Source of the DNA: Antedon mediterranea
Taxonomy: Eukaryota; Animalia; Echinodermata
Assembly: GCF_964355755.1 (NCBI RefSeq)
Contig: NC_092673.1
Coordinates: 29,385,648-29,449,647 of the forward strand
Direction of reading: 5' to 3'
DNA length: 64,000 nucleotides
The first letter of the stretch is position 1, and each line of letters opens with the position of its first letter. Under the pieces are notes generated by a model. It was not told the DNA's origin, did no database searches, and worked only from the letters and a program-made list of their open reading frames with translations. Position numbers and translations under genes: made by a program. Shown one piece after another: positions 38,654 to 52,008 of the stretch.

Positions 38654-41600
38654 TCAAAGCGTTGCATGAGGTCCTAGCATATGACTTTTCGGAATTCGTA
38701 TACCTTTAATCGTAAAAGATGGGCGATGAGGCTTCATATGCTGTATTCGTGGACTGTAGTTAGCAGGACCTGGGTTGTTTGCTGAAACACAACACACAAC
38801 ATTAATATTAATGTATCCGTAATTAAAAATAGTTTAGTTATGATCTTCGGACGCAACGCTATGACGTAGACACGACGCACACGCAAATGAGTTGACCAAT
38901 CACACGCAACAGTTTGGAAGATCCATCGCGTCGTGATTGGTCAACATTACTTGTGGCGCACTTACATTCTTGCGTTGCGTCCAATTGTGACAAGCCTTAC
39001 AGGAAATCTAGAACATATTATATGAAGAAATCTACTTTATTTTATTTTGTAAGCAAGTAATAAAGAAATCAGAATAATATTGATAATAATTAGAATATAC
39101 TTACGATCAGTATCACCGATAGATATGCATGTACCCAAATGTCTAGACCCAAAGCTGTATGCAGGAGCATTTGGTAATGAATGGGATTTGTCTGGGTAAT
39201 ATTCATTTGGCGATGGCTCGGATTCAGATCCTAAAATAAACATTATCACATTATCACAGGGGCGTACAATTTAAAGCATCTTAAAGAAACACTAAGGCTC
39301 TGTCTACACTATCAAACCTTTTGTGACAAATGTGATGTGCCCATATATGGACATGATGTAATATCACTACCATATTTGGGTATATCACTACCATGTTTGA
39401 GCATATCACACTTGTTTGTCAAATTAGTTTGATAGTGTAGACAGAGCTTAAAATAAGACATTTAAGTAGACAATATTCGGAAATTAATTTGGACTAGCAT
39501 AATCAATTATGATATGTATAAAACAATTTTTGTATATTAATTTATTAACTGAAAGACTTATTCTGGTGCGGTATGATGTCTAGTGACAATACACAGCATA
39601 TAGTATCTTGTCTGATAACATTTAAATCTCAAGTAAGTACCGTAGCACATGTGGGACTAATGATGCCGTCACAGACACGATACGGCAGGCTAGATTTGAC
39701 ATAGTCAATAGAAACTATGATTTGCTTGACCCGCTCTCTAATTTTATTATGAATTACTCGTAAAAATAAAAGGTTTTAGCAGACCAGTTTTTTTATAGGT
39801 TGGCAAATTTACTATTAACACGTTCTATCGATTTTTAACAACAGGTAACAATAAGCAATGCGGCTTCTATTCTAGTATTTGATAACCAAATCACAATTTC
39901 CAGTCGGCAGTGGTCATTATGTGTGTTTAAAAGTGTGGAAAATTACTCCTTTGGTCCAAGTGAAGTCTTTTTGTTTGCCATTTTGTGGTCAATTATGAAT
40001 TCGGTCACCGGCCACAACTCGTCGTATCAGCAGACAAGCACTAAACCAAATTATTAAGAGCTAGACATACTTTAAGTTGGAAATGGTGCAGAGTAGACAG
40101 GAGTGGGGGTGGGCCTAACTAATTTACGGGTAACGAGCGGCATGTTTACTACTTCTTTCTTGGAGATCCAAGAAACATTTATTATATATGGCCTTTGGCC
40201 CAAATAATATACAATGTAATACAATATTAAATAAATATCAGTTGAGTGCGTTTAAAAATTCAGGGGCGGATTGCTATAAGCGGTCTATAGCCGGTCTTAG
40301 CTCTTAGCCGGCTATAATTCGTGACGTAGCAAGTAGTCTTACATTATAGACCATTGCTATACCGCGGTCTAACCTGTAAACGGTCTTTAAAATTAAAGCC
40401 TACTCGAAGGAGTCTTAAAACAGTCTTAAACCTCTCTTTTTGTTGCTTTTACGTATTATTTACCGTCAAAGACAACCAATAGAACGAGTTTTAAGTGTTA
40501 AATCAAATAATAACGGTGATTTTATTCTTATATAGCCCTAGAATAGATTTTCTTGCGTAGAAATGTACGTACTGTTATGATTGTGAATTGAACAAGCGTG
40601 ACGAACATTACCTTATTTGGTATTCTACGCGCAAAGTACGCCCTCAATTTGTTACTTTACGCGGTCTTATCTAAGACTGTTTTATAGCAATGGTCTAACA
40701 GGGGTGGCTTTAGTAAGACCGTCTATCAGATAAAGCCGGCTTTAATCGGGGAGTTAAGACCATTAGTTAAGACTGTTTTATAGCAATCCGCCCCTGTTCT
40801 ACGTTTAAATGAAAAAAATAAATATTTTCCAGGTTTAACAGTAAGATCAGTATTTGTGGTAGACATAAGATAAATATATTTTAGATTAGTTGGGTTGTTT
40901 GTATAAAAGGAAAACATATATTTAGTTCTAATATCTGAATAAAATGGACAAACTAAAGTGAAATGATATTCATCTTCAATTGATTGTAAAGCACATAATT
41001 TGCATAATCTTTCATTTCTATTTATACAATTCCATCTTCCTTTTTCAATTTCTAATTCTAAAATTCCTAGTCTTATCTTAGTCATAATTTGTCTATGTTT
41101 GTAATTTGTTACTTTAGTTAGATATTCTTCAATTCCAAAATTATATTTAATGTGCTTGTAATATTGGAGCTTAGAGTGTAGCCTAGTATCTTCGTAGAAT
41201 TTCTGTCGTTCAATGTCTGTAAGCCTTTGTTTAAAATTTGAAATAAAAGTATATATATTATTAACCTGTTGTGAGTACCATATGTTACCAAATCCATTTA
41301 TGCATAGTATTTGTTTTACGTCATTGGCCCAACATTGCTCATTTCTTTGAGCTTTTCTATATTGAAAATCATAACATTGTATAATAAATTTGTCATTATC
41401 CATTTGGATTACTCTTAGCCAGTAACGAATTATATTAATGATAATTTGAATTTGGATAGTAAATCTTCCACATTCTCCTCTCACTGCAACACTTGGTGCA
41501 GAATTACCTATTCCTAGAATGTATTTACAGAATCTTAGATGAACTTTCCCTAATACTGATATATCATTTAAACCCCATATTTCGCTACCATAAAGTAAGA

Positions 41601-44479
41601 TTGGCATAATCTTAACATCAAATATATGGTTCCATATATTAACTTGGAGGTTACCAAAACGCCTATGGGTCAATCCTTTTAATGTGAACAAAGCCTTATT
41701 AGCTTGTTGACAATTGTATTCTTTGGCTTTATTCCAATTCCCATTTGAGTTGAAAACAACTCCTAAATATTTAAAGGATTTGACAATGTCAACTGTATTT
41801 CCATTGTAATTCCATTTTTCAAATTTGTTAAGATTACCACCATTCTTAAACACCACAGTATTACTCTTGTTAACATTGACAGTTACATCCCATCTTGTAC
41901 AATAGGTAGATAACTTGTTTAAATAATATTGTAGACCATAAACGGTATCACCAAATAACATAAGGTCATCTGCATAGAGTAGCCTAAATGATTAATTTTT
42001 AGATTTCCTATTTGGATTCTATGCTCGTCGCCTTCCTCATTTAATGTTTCACTCAAATCATTAATAAAAATATTAAATAAAAAGGACGAGAGTGGTTTAC
42101 GTGATCTTGCGACAAATTAATTTTCAAAACCCTCGTTTTCTGTCACTCTCCCCCCCCCCCCCTGCTGCCATGTATACCTCAGTAAAGCGATTTCATTTGT
42201 TTATACAGACATATAAATAGGCCTACATATGGAAGGCGTTAGATAATCCAGAACTAGGTTGTTTTCAGTTAAATCCTAAATTTCTTAGAATCATTAATGG
42301 AAAGCATATTGGAATCTATGACGTCAGCGTCATCCATTGTATTATTAACAAACCAATAATCCCAACAGTCTAGCCCCGAAAAGGGGTTACTTTCTATTCA
42401 TACACAGTAGTATATACCTTTTTTGTTGATAGCAAATTTCGATCTGACTCCAATACTGTACACTGGAAAGTCTGGCAGTGTGTGGTTTCTCCTTCCCAGT
42501 AGTGGTTTACTGCAGTATTGTGCAGGTGATGGCCACTGAAATGAATTAATTTTAGTTTTTTTTAAATAACATTACTGATATAGAGCTATAAACTCTATGA
42601 ATTTGTTAAACTTGTTGTTAATCTCTATAGTACCATTTAAGCATGGTTCCCATTTGGACTCAACGCAAGGAAGCGCACCCTAAGTTTACCAATCACAAGC
42701 GATGAATCATCGTGTCGGTTGTGATTGGTCAACTCACTTGTCTTGTGTTGAACCAGAGTTAGATATCATGACTTTTTCTTAACATATATTTTATGATCAC
42801 TTTCTTAAGCTTGGTTCCCACTAGGACGTAACGCAAGGACGTAACGCAACGCAAGCGTTTTCACCAATGACAAGCGTCAGTTCGCATAATCCATCGCTTG
42901 TGATGGGTCAAATCGCTTACGTTGCGTTACGTCTTTGTGTTGCGTCTCTGGTAGGAACCAAGCATTAGTGGATATACACTGTCTACCCTGTACTTGCCCC
43001 TGCTGCCCATCCTCTAATACAGTAGCCTCTAGTTGATAAAGCAATTATACACGAGTGAACTGTAACCTAATCTATATATTTTTATAGTACATTGTGAGGA
43101 AACAAACATTCTTTGTAGTATTTAAAGTAAGCAAAATAATTGAATTGTAAAAAAACAGTAATCAGAGGAACTCCGTAATATTATATTCCCAAATTAAGCT
43201 AATAAAGTTGATCATGCGTATTTGTGTCAACGTGTTCATTCGTGTCATTATGTCATCATAATGAGTGTCATTATACAATTAAACCCTCTCCCCCAAACCC
43301 ATCTAATCAAAAGGGTAATTGGAGATCATATTTTTCTGCTGATGATGAGATATTTCAACATTCGTGAATCACGTTCAGGCACTCAAGCATAAACGATTAC
43401 ATACTTCGTGCAGTTGATCAGTTATTGGTCTTACCTAACATTGAATAAATACAATACTATTATTTATATTATTTGTTGCTCAGGAGTACACAGGTGGGCA
43501 ATGATCCATTATAAAATATTCTATTTCAACAAATGAGAAATTATCCGTGAATGGTTCTGATTTAATAACAATGGTTATAAAATTTCCAACTTACTCTTTT
43601 TTCAAAATTCACTTTGGTGGTAAAGTTGCTGTTACTATTGAACCATGGTTTAGCATGCGCAGTACGGGCACCTCCACCTACATCAATGGAAGAAAGTTAT
43701 TTAAATAATACTATTATGTCGTTATATTTAAAAGTTTAGTTGACGTCATGTCAGGTACTGGCAAATTGGCGGTTTAAGAATTACAAAATTAATGACGAAG
43801 TACGGGGCGCCGTTTGTCCACAAAGTCACCAATGCCCTGAACGGCGCCCTGTAATAATTATAATGGTCATTCGTCTTACTTGCTTGGTGACTTGAATGTT
43901 CATTGTACATCTAACAGTACACTGTACAATCCTCCAGTTACATTAGAATAATTCAACATTGGATGAACGAAGTATTAGCATTATAAGAATCTGGCTCACC
44001 ATTTGATGAAAATCATGTGCCTATACTCTGACGTAACTATACTTTGTAGTACTATGAGAACTCCCTGACGGAAAGCTAATTTGAAGTAGATATCAACTTT
44101 AACTTAACTCTACCTTAAAGGAACATACCTCTTTCATAAAACCTCATTCCAAAGCTGTACTCGGGTGCATTCGTTTCATACAGTGGTTTATTGCTTGGCG
44201 AATAATGCCATGGGCCAGGCAGATCTAAATCAATCGGTAGTGGCGGCCTACTATTTGCACATTCATCCCATCCTGTACAAAAAGTAATAACATTTCGGTA
44301 AATTATTAAAACATTTTTTATGTGTCACAAATATTAATTATTCATTTCACTATTATATATTTATATTTTAGTCTACTCTGTAACAATGTTAGTATACTTA
44401 TAGGCATACGGGGGTCACGACTTAAAGTTCGGTGAACTTACTGTGACCTCCATCCACCCACATTTAATATATGTTGTGT

Positions 44480-44511
<32 letters not shown>

Positions 44512-46481
44512 AGTGAGTGGAAAAAATAAATAAACGAAACGAAACGAATTGTATGCCTAATGTATGACGAACGAATAGGCATTCAGGTACCATGTAAGAT
44601 AAACCACAAGAAAGTAAATAACTAACTATATACAACAATAACTATTTGATAAATATGGTTAGAATATGTAATATTAAGTTGCAATAGAAATAGATATTGG
44701 AATTTCCTAACCCTATCTCTCTCTTTTCTATTCTATTCTCCATACATTTTGAATGGCGATCTAAGTAGGTAGAGTGTGCTTAATAATGCAAGTTTATAAG
44801 CCAATCAGCGCTTTGTTAACTGTCGGTACAAATAATACAACTTACTCAGAAGTTTAGCCTGCTTTTTAACTTCATAGTATTGGCTGACACTTCTGATAAC
44901 GGCAGCACGACGCTTTCTAAAACATAAAGAACAAATCAGTATATATATAAGAACATCGAGATTGTATGCAACTTTTGTTGGCTGAGTTCGAGATGACGTA
45001 CAGTAATATGTACCACTTACTTTGCTGACGTCATTTTAGTTGTCATTTTAACAACGGCTGGTGGAAGTCTAACCGATTGGCGCGTAGATAATCGTTCATC
45101 AATTGAGTTCCATTTTAAAGATGGTGATGGAATATGTGCGATGCTAGGTCTGTTTGTCTTGAAATTAGATTTCCTGGCGACAAATATTGACGGCACCCTA
45201 TCATAGTACGGCTTCTCTAATTGGTTATCTTGATCGTCTGCAATTATTTAATAATAAAGTTGTATTTAATTTACATCCATCTTTAAGATGTTATATTTAG
45301 AAGTTTCCAAATCTAAAAATATGTGAGATTAAACTAAACTTATGGAAATAAAAGCGATACCTACTTAGTTCTGTTTCACTTAGATCTTGAGTGTCACTCT
45401 TTGCAAGATGTTGGTCTTCAATTAGTTTCTGTAATGCTTCGATGTCATCGTCATTTTCATCGACTTTTTCTCCGTTTTCATTTCCACTATCGTTATCATC
45501 TTCACTCTCGTTTGTTTTTGTTTGTCCATTTTCTTGTGTTTTTGTTTGTTCATTTGGCAATTCTTTCAAGGATTTTCCTTCACAATTGATGTAATTATCA
45601 ACTGGGTGACAAATGTCAGTTGTGTCATTTTGTTCGGTGTTTTCTATTTTGTATTGTTCACGTAAATTAGATTTTTCATTCTCCTCTTTTTCTGCTGCAC
45701 TTTGTTCATTTAAATTATCTGAAGCGTTGTTTTTTAATTTACTTGGCCTTTTTTGGTGGCTTTTATCAAAATCTTCTATCGGTTTGTTATTTTGGTCAAC
45801 TTTCTTTTCTTTGTCATCACTTTTACATTGTTTTTGGTCTACATCACTAATAGTTGCCAAATTATTATGCGTGTCTGGTTCGTTATCACCAATACCAACA
45901 ATTGTCACATTTGGTGTAGTTTTTAATATTGTTTTCACCTCCATATTATGGTCATCGTAGCCATTTAGTACAACATCTTGGCTATCTTGTTCTTGTGATT
46001 GACCACCGTGACCATTAGACTGACCCTCTGTTTGGTTACTAATTGATTGTTGATCTTCTTCAGTTTCCAGTGGATCTTTCTTGCTTTCATGTACTTTTTC
46101 TTCCATTTCTATGTTAACGTCTTCGTCTCTATTACCACCACCAACTTCAATAGTTTGCTCTATGAAGTCCTTATCTATAACATTATATTCAACCTTATCA
46201 CTATCAACTGTTTCGAAAATTATTTTTTCATCTTCTTTAAGCTCTGGGTTGTTATTATTTATGATGTGCTGCGCATTTTGCTTACTTCTGTCAGTTTGGT
46301 CTATATCATTATTATTCCACACAGTCCGTGCCTCTGGGTGTTTTGATCCTGTGTCTTGGTCCTGATCACTAACATGTTCTATTTCACACTTTGTGTGTTC
46401 CATAACAGATTCTTCTTGTTCGTCCATCTCTATGTTGTCATTGAATTGAACTACTTTGTGACGTGTACTATTATCAGACAT
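38654..46481 (-). CDS. STPG3: Sperm-tail PG-rich repeat protein 3-like (SHIPPO/PGP repeats) with a long acidic N-terminus, about 667 aa, 8 exons
   Basis: Exons 45365-46481, 45021-45237, 44846-44916, 44129-44272, 43595-43677, 42418-42535, 39105-39230, 38654-38781, all phase-compatible. Peptides RPPLPIDLDLPGPWHY, APEYSFG, GGGARTAHAKPWF...WPSPAQY, PSPNEY, PGPANY and the C-terminus GIRIPKSHMLGPHATL* resemble STPG3/C9orf173 as I recall it. Confidence 0.85.
40168..42095 (-). mobile_element. 5'-truncated CR1/L2-group LINE in the STPG3-like intron
   Basis: RT motifs LFNIFINDL and LLYADDL, FKYLG, LLYGSEIWG and a C-terminal CKLC...EDEYHF..CP knuckle (ORF 40726-41961); the frame is disrupted upstream. 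The 3' end reads GGGCCAAAGGCC...AATAAA. Confidence 0.92.
40261..40796. mobile_element. 536-bp TIR element inserted in the LINE 3' end
   Basis: Perfect 19-bp TIR CAGGGGCGGATTGCTATAA, AGACC/GGTCT subterminal repeats, and TT on both flanks (possible 2-bp TSD, EnSpm/CMC-like). Confidence 0.85.
42808..42964. mobile_element. MITE family B (older remnant at about 42640-42745)
   Basis: TIRs with TTA/TTA TSD. Confidence 0.85.
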
Positions 46482-47094
46482 TTCGTCCAGAAATGTATCA
46501 TTATGATCATCTTTTACTGTTTCAGAATCCTAGAAAGAATTAATCACAAGATCTTACTGTATTTCAGTAAAATTAGGTATTTGTGTACAAAGGTAGGCTA
46601 TATAAAACCTGTGAACAATAGTTAATGCAATCAATATTTGAAGGTTTGGTCCATGATTTGTATTTGAGTTCGTGCTTAAGACAACAGACAACAACACTTA
46701 AACTTAAACATACAGTACGGTTCAGAAATAGTTGTTTAAATCCCGTTTAAATCATAGAATCCGTACATTCCAACACATATAGTAACACTATGCAATAGGC
46801 CTACTATGATTTATGATTTTACAATTAAATAAGAACTAGGAGGTAATCACCTATTGAAGTACGCCTGTACAAAGTTAATACAATTGACACGCCTCAATTA
46901 GTCGGCGTTCGGGTAGACCTCTTGGAGTGATATAATTGCAGAAAAACTTACCTATTATTACGTTGAAACCTTGTTTTACAGTAAAGGTAAAATAATCTGC
47001 ATTTAGATGACACATAAAGTAGGAACTGTAATCGATCGCGATAATATAAAGCAAGCAATCGTGGTAAAGCTTTGATGTTCAGTCAAGTGTTTCC

Positions 47095-47413
47095 GTTGCT
47101 AGGCTTCTCAAACTATTAGTATGGAACGCTTTCTGTATGTATTGTAGTCTATTAATAAAAACAATAACCAAATTTGTTTATGAAGGTCATGTGATTATTT
47201 AGTGTTCACATGCTCTCTTTTCAACAATCAGTCATTGTTCAACTTTTGAGATGACATGTGAGTGAACATGAAACTAAAATACTTGTAAATTATACAATAA
47301 GGCGTTCATGGCGCCCCATACCTTATACTCCATTTGGTCTTGTTTACATTCTTAAGTTCAACGCTGAGTTCAAAGATTAGATTGCGATTAAAATATCTGT
47401 TTACCTTAGCAAC
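47095..47413. promoter_or_regulatory. Putative bidirectional promoter with RFX X-box-like motifs
   Basis: GTTGCTAGG half-site at 47095-47103 and GTTTACCTTAGCAAC at 47399-47413. They lie between outward-facing GTAAG/GTGAG donors (minus strand about 46951; plus strand about 47568-47630) of the two divergent genes. Confidence 0.55.
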
Positions 47414-48207
47414 TAAACTTAAATGGGATCTCTTAAATGATTTTGAGCCATTTAGAGACAGACAAATTAGTTTATATAAGTGTCATACATTATGTAATGT
47501 GTGCCAGTAATAATCTGAAGTCATGACAGTGAAGTAGGCTACAAACAACTCAATCACATGTATCAACGTGAGTACACCGGTAAGAACGCATTCTTTGTGG
47601 TACTGTATTGACATTTGTGCAAATGAACGGTAAGCCTAACAATAAATGTGCTGGTCAGATATAGTGCTAGTGCACGGCTGGTGGTTCTTGAAGTACTGTT
47701 GTGTAGGCCTGACCTAGTTAATGATTAGGCCTATTGTATGTGTATAGGCATTTTATTAATAAGTACGTTTAGACTAAAAGATCACACTTAGGAAAGCTGA
47801 CATATATATTTTTTTATATAAAATCATTTGGTATTTGCAGCTTTTATAAGAATCAAGATGGTATGGGAATAAGCATTTCATGCAGACAAGGAATAGATGT
47901 AGTATCAGTATGTTGCAGGACATCAACTATCAAAAGGTAAGAAGAGGTTGGTTAACAAGGTTGTTGTTACAGTGGTAGATAGATAACTATCAGGATTTGA
48001 GTATGCATAATGACGACAGCAAAAAGACAAAACAAGATGCACCAGAATCAGAAGATACACTAGAAAGTAAAGCTAAGTCAAGATTCTTAAAGAGATTCAA
48101 TCTATTTTAATATTTGTTTTTGTATTTCCAGCAGCTCTACACAAACTCAGAATAGTACAAATCAAGATGTAACCAACTCATCTTTAGATAAAATACCAGT
48201 AGGCATA

Positions 48208-49206
48208 ATGGCAGAAAAAACAAAACCAGAAGATGTACCAGAAAGTGAAACTAAGTCAAAATTCTTAAAGAGACTACCAAAAAAATCAGATGGATATTTA
48301 ATTCCTCAACGCCCACCTGATATTCAAAGTAAAGATGGATTTATGAATATTCATGAGCTGTATAATGCTATGAATGTTGGGTACAGTCAGCCTTACATAC
48401 ATGATCCCTATTACATGTTGATACTTGATACAAGGAGTGTCAAGTCTTACTCTAATTCTCATATACTGACTGCAAGAAAACATACAGCCATTGATACTGA
48501 CTTTGAGTGCCATATAGATCTTGGCAAGCTATTACAATACACTATGGTGATATTGTATGGTGAGGTTGGAACATCTGATGATGATGATGATGTCACGCAG
48601 GGTTTATTGTCAAGAATCGGTGCAATGTGTGATGTGTATATACTTGTAGAAGGATTTTCAAAATTTAAAAGTACATATCCGGCACTGTGTAGCAGTGACA
48701 TAATCACAAGCAAAGAATCTCGTAAAAAGATATCGACATATCCTTCTGTAGTTCTTGCAGGTTGTCTCTTTCAGGGAAACAAAGACCATGCCGAGAATAA
48801 AACTATTCTTAAAGATGTCGGCATAACACATATTGTGAATGTAACGTCCGAGATGAAAAACCTATTCCAAGATGACTTTGTTTATCTGCGAATAGCTGTC
48901 GAGGATGAACTGTCCTCCAATTTAAGACCACGTTTATCGCAAGCTGCAGATTTTATCGCAGATGCATTGAGAAATGGTGGTCGTGTGATGGTTCATTGTA
49001 TTCAAGGCGTGAGTCGGAGTTCTACAATTACTTTGTCTTTTATGATGAAATATTTAGGCTGGCCTTTAAAAGATGCAAGAGACTACCTTAAAATATGCCG
49101 GCCAATCATCAACCCAAATAGAACATTTCTATTACAGTTGAGTCATTTTGAAGAGACATGTTTTGGTGAAAAAATAAGTGATCCCGATGATGTTTGGATG
49201 AGCTAA
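48208..49206 (+). CDS. STYXL1/MK-STYX-like rhodanese plus dual-specificity phosphatase, 332 aa, single coding exon, catalytic motif intact
   Basis: ELYNAMN...MLILDTRS...YSNSHILTA (rhodanese/CH2 domain), YPSVVL..CLFQG, GITHIVNVT, acid loop VED, VMVHCIQGVSRSST, CRPIINPNRTFLLQL. Acceptor at 48132 and AATAAA at 49703. Confidence 0.93.
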   Translation: MAEKTKPEDVPESETKSKFLKRLPKKSDGYLIPQRPPDIQSKDGFMNIHELYNAMNVGYSQPYIHDPYYMLILDTRSVKSYSNSHILTARKHTAIDTDFECHIDLGKLLQYTMVILYGEVGTSDDDDDVTQGLLSRIGAMCDVYILVEGFSKFKSTYPALCSSDIITSKESRKKISTYPSVVLAGCLFQGNKDHAENKTILKDVGITHIVNVTSEMKNLFQDDFVYLRIAVEDELSSNLRPRLSQAADFIADALRNGGRVMVHCIQGVSRSSTITLSFMMKYLGWPLKDARDYLKICRPIINPNRTFLLQLSHFEETCFGEKISDPDDVWMS

Positions 49207-50239
49207 ACTAAAACATTTACATACAATTCAATTTATTTAAAAGGCCTCCAGAAATGGAGAGATACATTCAATTACTAAAAAAAAGCAAAACATTAATATA
49301 CAAAACAAAAATGGAAACATTTAGAACGCCCTCAATAAGAGTTTCAGATAATTATGTTGGTCATAAGTTCTGGTGGACAAGATACACGCTCTAGATCCCC
49401 TAACGCGTGTTGTAAAAACGAACAAAAACCTACAAATTATCTCATATAATATAGATAACAAATTACTATTTTTAGTTTACATTGTGATGGATATAATAAT
49501 ATATTAAAACATGTTGCAGATGTTTGATTTATCGATTTTTTACATTATTATATATAGTACTGTATTGCTTTTAATATGTGTTTGTTTTTTTTTTTTCATA
49601 ACACGTGACGTAACGTTATTTTAGAAATTTTAAATTCAATCAAAATACATATGTTTTAATATTGTCAAGTTAAAACACATATCTTATGTATAACTGTTAT
49701 TTAATAAACGTATTTTGATTAAGCTTGTTTGTTTTGTTATTCGTATATGTTTGCATTACGACTGCATTTGCATGCTTCTGGAAAACAGAATAATAAAATA
49801 AACATGTGCAAACAGTCAATTGGATAATGAAATATTGGGTTATCAGAAATCAAACATGGACGAATTAGTTTTAATTCATGGTTTAACGTACTAGGTGTGG
49901 CGGAGACGTTGTCTATAAACACTTTCTGGTTCTAGACTGGTACAGACGAGTGTGAAGATGGCCAGCAACCCGGAGCCAACTATTGGTGATCCTCTCCCCT
50001 AAAAACCCCAATTAAAAACAACAGCCAAAGTACTCATAATTATATGTATACTTTGTGAGAAAAAAAAAACCAATTTGTGCGTATGTAGAAAACGTTATTT
50101 AAAAGCCGGGAAGAGGGAAAAAGCGAAATTTCCGAATATATCCTCCTATAGTAAGACATAACATTTTACTAGTGCACTAGTGATGAGTTGTCCATCTGCT
50201 ACAGAAACTGGCGCGAATTCGAGCCTGTGACACCTGAAA

Positions 50240-50570
50240 ATAGTAACCCACCCCCAACTTTTCCGGTCAGCAACTCATAGCAAAAAAATAATAAAACAGT
50301 ACGAATAAACAAATTTGGTTGAACTGTAACTTTATTTTTATAAACTCAAAAACATTTAATCCTCCCCATTCCCGAGGTCAACATGCATTATCTCCTTATT
50401 TTAAAAATACGGCTACATCATAAACGATATATAGTTTTTGTCACCCTAATAGTAACCCCTATGGGTTACTATTAGAGTAATGGGTTATTATTATAGATTG
50501 ACTTATAAGGTGGGTTGTTAGAAGGGGGATTACTATTAGAGTGTGGGTTACTATTAGAAGATTGACGGTA
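50240..50570. mobile_element. Remnant TIR element with repeated AATAGTAACCC/GGGTTACTATT motifs
   Basis: The motif occurs in both orientations; the right end ...GATTGACGGTA is Tc1/mariner-like. Confidence 0.45.
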
Positions 50571-52008
50571 TGCCCGCATTGTGGCAATATGGCCGTGAAC
50601 CCATCCTTATGTTTACTTTCTGGGCGTCATCGTGAAAACAAATACACAATAGAACATGTAGCAGGTAATTACACTACTACTATAATCAAACATTTCACAC
50701 TATAGTTCAAATACAGTGATTTGAATGGTCACTATGGCATTCGTCCCGTGTGTGTACACCGAATTACTTTTCAATCAATTTTAAAAAAAAGGGGAAGTCC
50801 CCGATAAAATTTGAGAAAGACGAATATGTATTTGTATGTCGGTTCACACAGATTCGAACAGACCGTACCATGCATGCTTAAATTTAGTCAAGTTCCATTG
50901 ATGTTCTCTTGCAAATTTAGCATTTCAGTACAAATTATGTTTTGAATATGTTTGCTTTGAGTCATTCATGTTGCATGCATCGTATGTCTTTTGTCACATC
51001 AGTGATAATTTGAAATAATTGTTTCAATAGACTCATTGTCATAGCGCCTACAAATTATAGATCTGTGTTTAGTCATGAAATGATGCTAGGCACAGCCTGT
51101 ATTTAGAAATTGATAGAGCGCGAACCAGGCATTTAATTTGTATTGTCTTTGATGTTTCCGCATGGGTTATTTGTTAGGCGTTAACGCACAATATTAAAGC
51201 ATTGCGCTTACCGACAGGTTATTAAGGTATATTATAGGCCTATACATATGTGTTTCACTATAATAGGAATATAATAGTGCGTTTGTATTAATGGAGACCA
51301 ATAGGAGGATACATACTTAACCATCAGCGTAACAACTTCAGGATGTAGTAAATAAAGGTAAGGATGTATTCAGCAACATTTGTACAGTTTGTGTTTAGTG
51401 TGTTTAAGTATATTTACAACTCATCTTCCTCGTGAGTATTACGGTAACCAGCGTTGTTTGCACAATGTGTATAGTCGTTTTGTATTCACTGAAACTGAGT
51501 AAATAAGCGTTACGCAAACATTTTCGATTATACAAAGTATTTATATAACATTGAATAATGTGGTATTAGGCCCATGTTATAACATGAAGGAAGTGTAGTA
51601 GTTAGACATCACTCTCTTCATTAGCATCTGTGAATCGTATAAATTATACACGCAGGTAAGAACAACATTTATTAAACCAAGTCCGGGTGTTGTGTGGTGG
51701 GGGAGACTAGAGATTAGCAGTGAAAGTACAGTAAATTGGCCTATGTATAGCTCCTGGCGATTTGGGCTCTTTTTTCGCAAATATACCCCAACCCCTTCCC
51801 GTAAAAGGATACGAGTTTAAATATTTTTTTTGAGACATAGAAATATCAGCGAGATATTAATAACAAAAGTTACATCAAGTATGCAATACTATTCATTTTT
51901 TTAAATATATAAAAATGTGAAACAGTCAAAACGAGAACATCCATGGGATTGAAGGTTTTAAAAAATCGCACTCTTTTCTGGTATAGAACCTTCTATAAAA
52001 CCAAATTA

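Noticed and set aside
40726-41961. 411-aa ORF as a host gene
   Set aside because: It is the C-terminal part of a LINE ORF2, and its last residues come from an inserted TIR element.
45391-46625. Several plus-strand ORFs
   Set aside because: Antisense shadows of the acidic STPG3-like exon. The same applies to 14926-15456, 9902-10207, 48298-48713 and 63305-63745 against their real coding strands.
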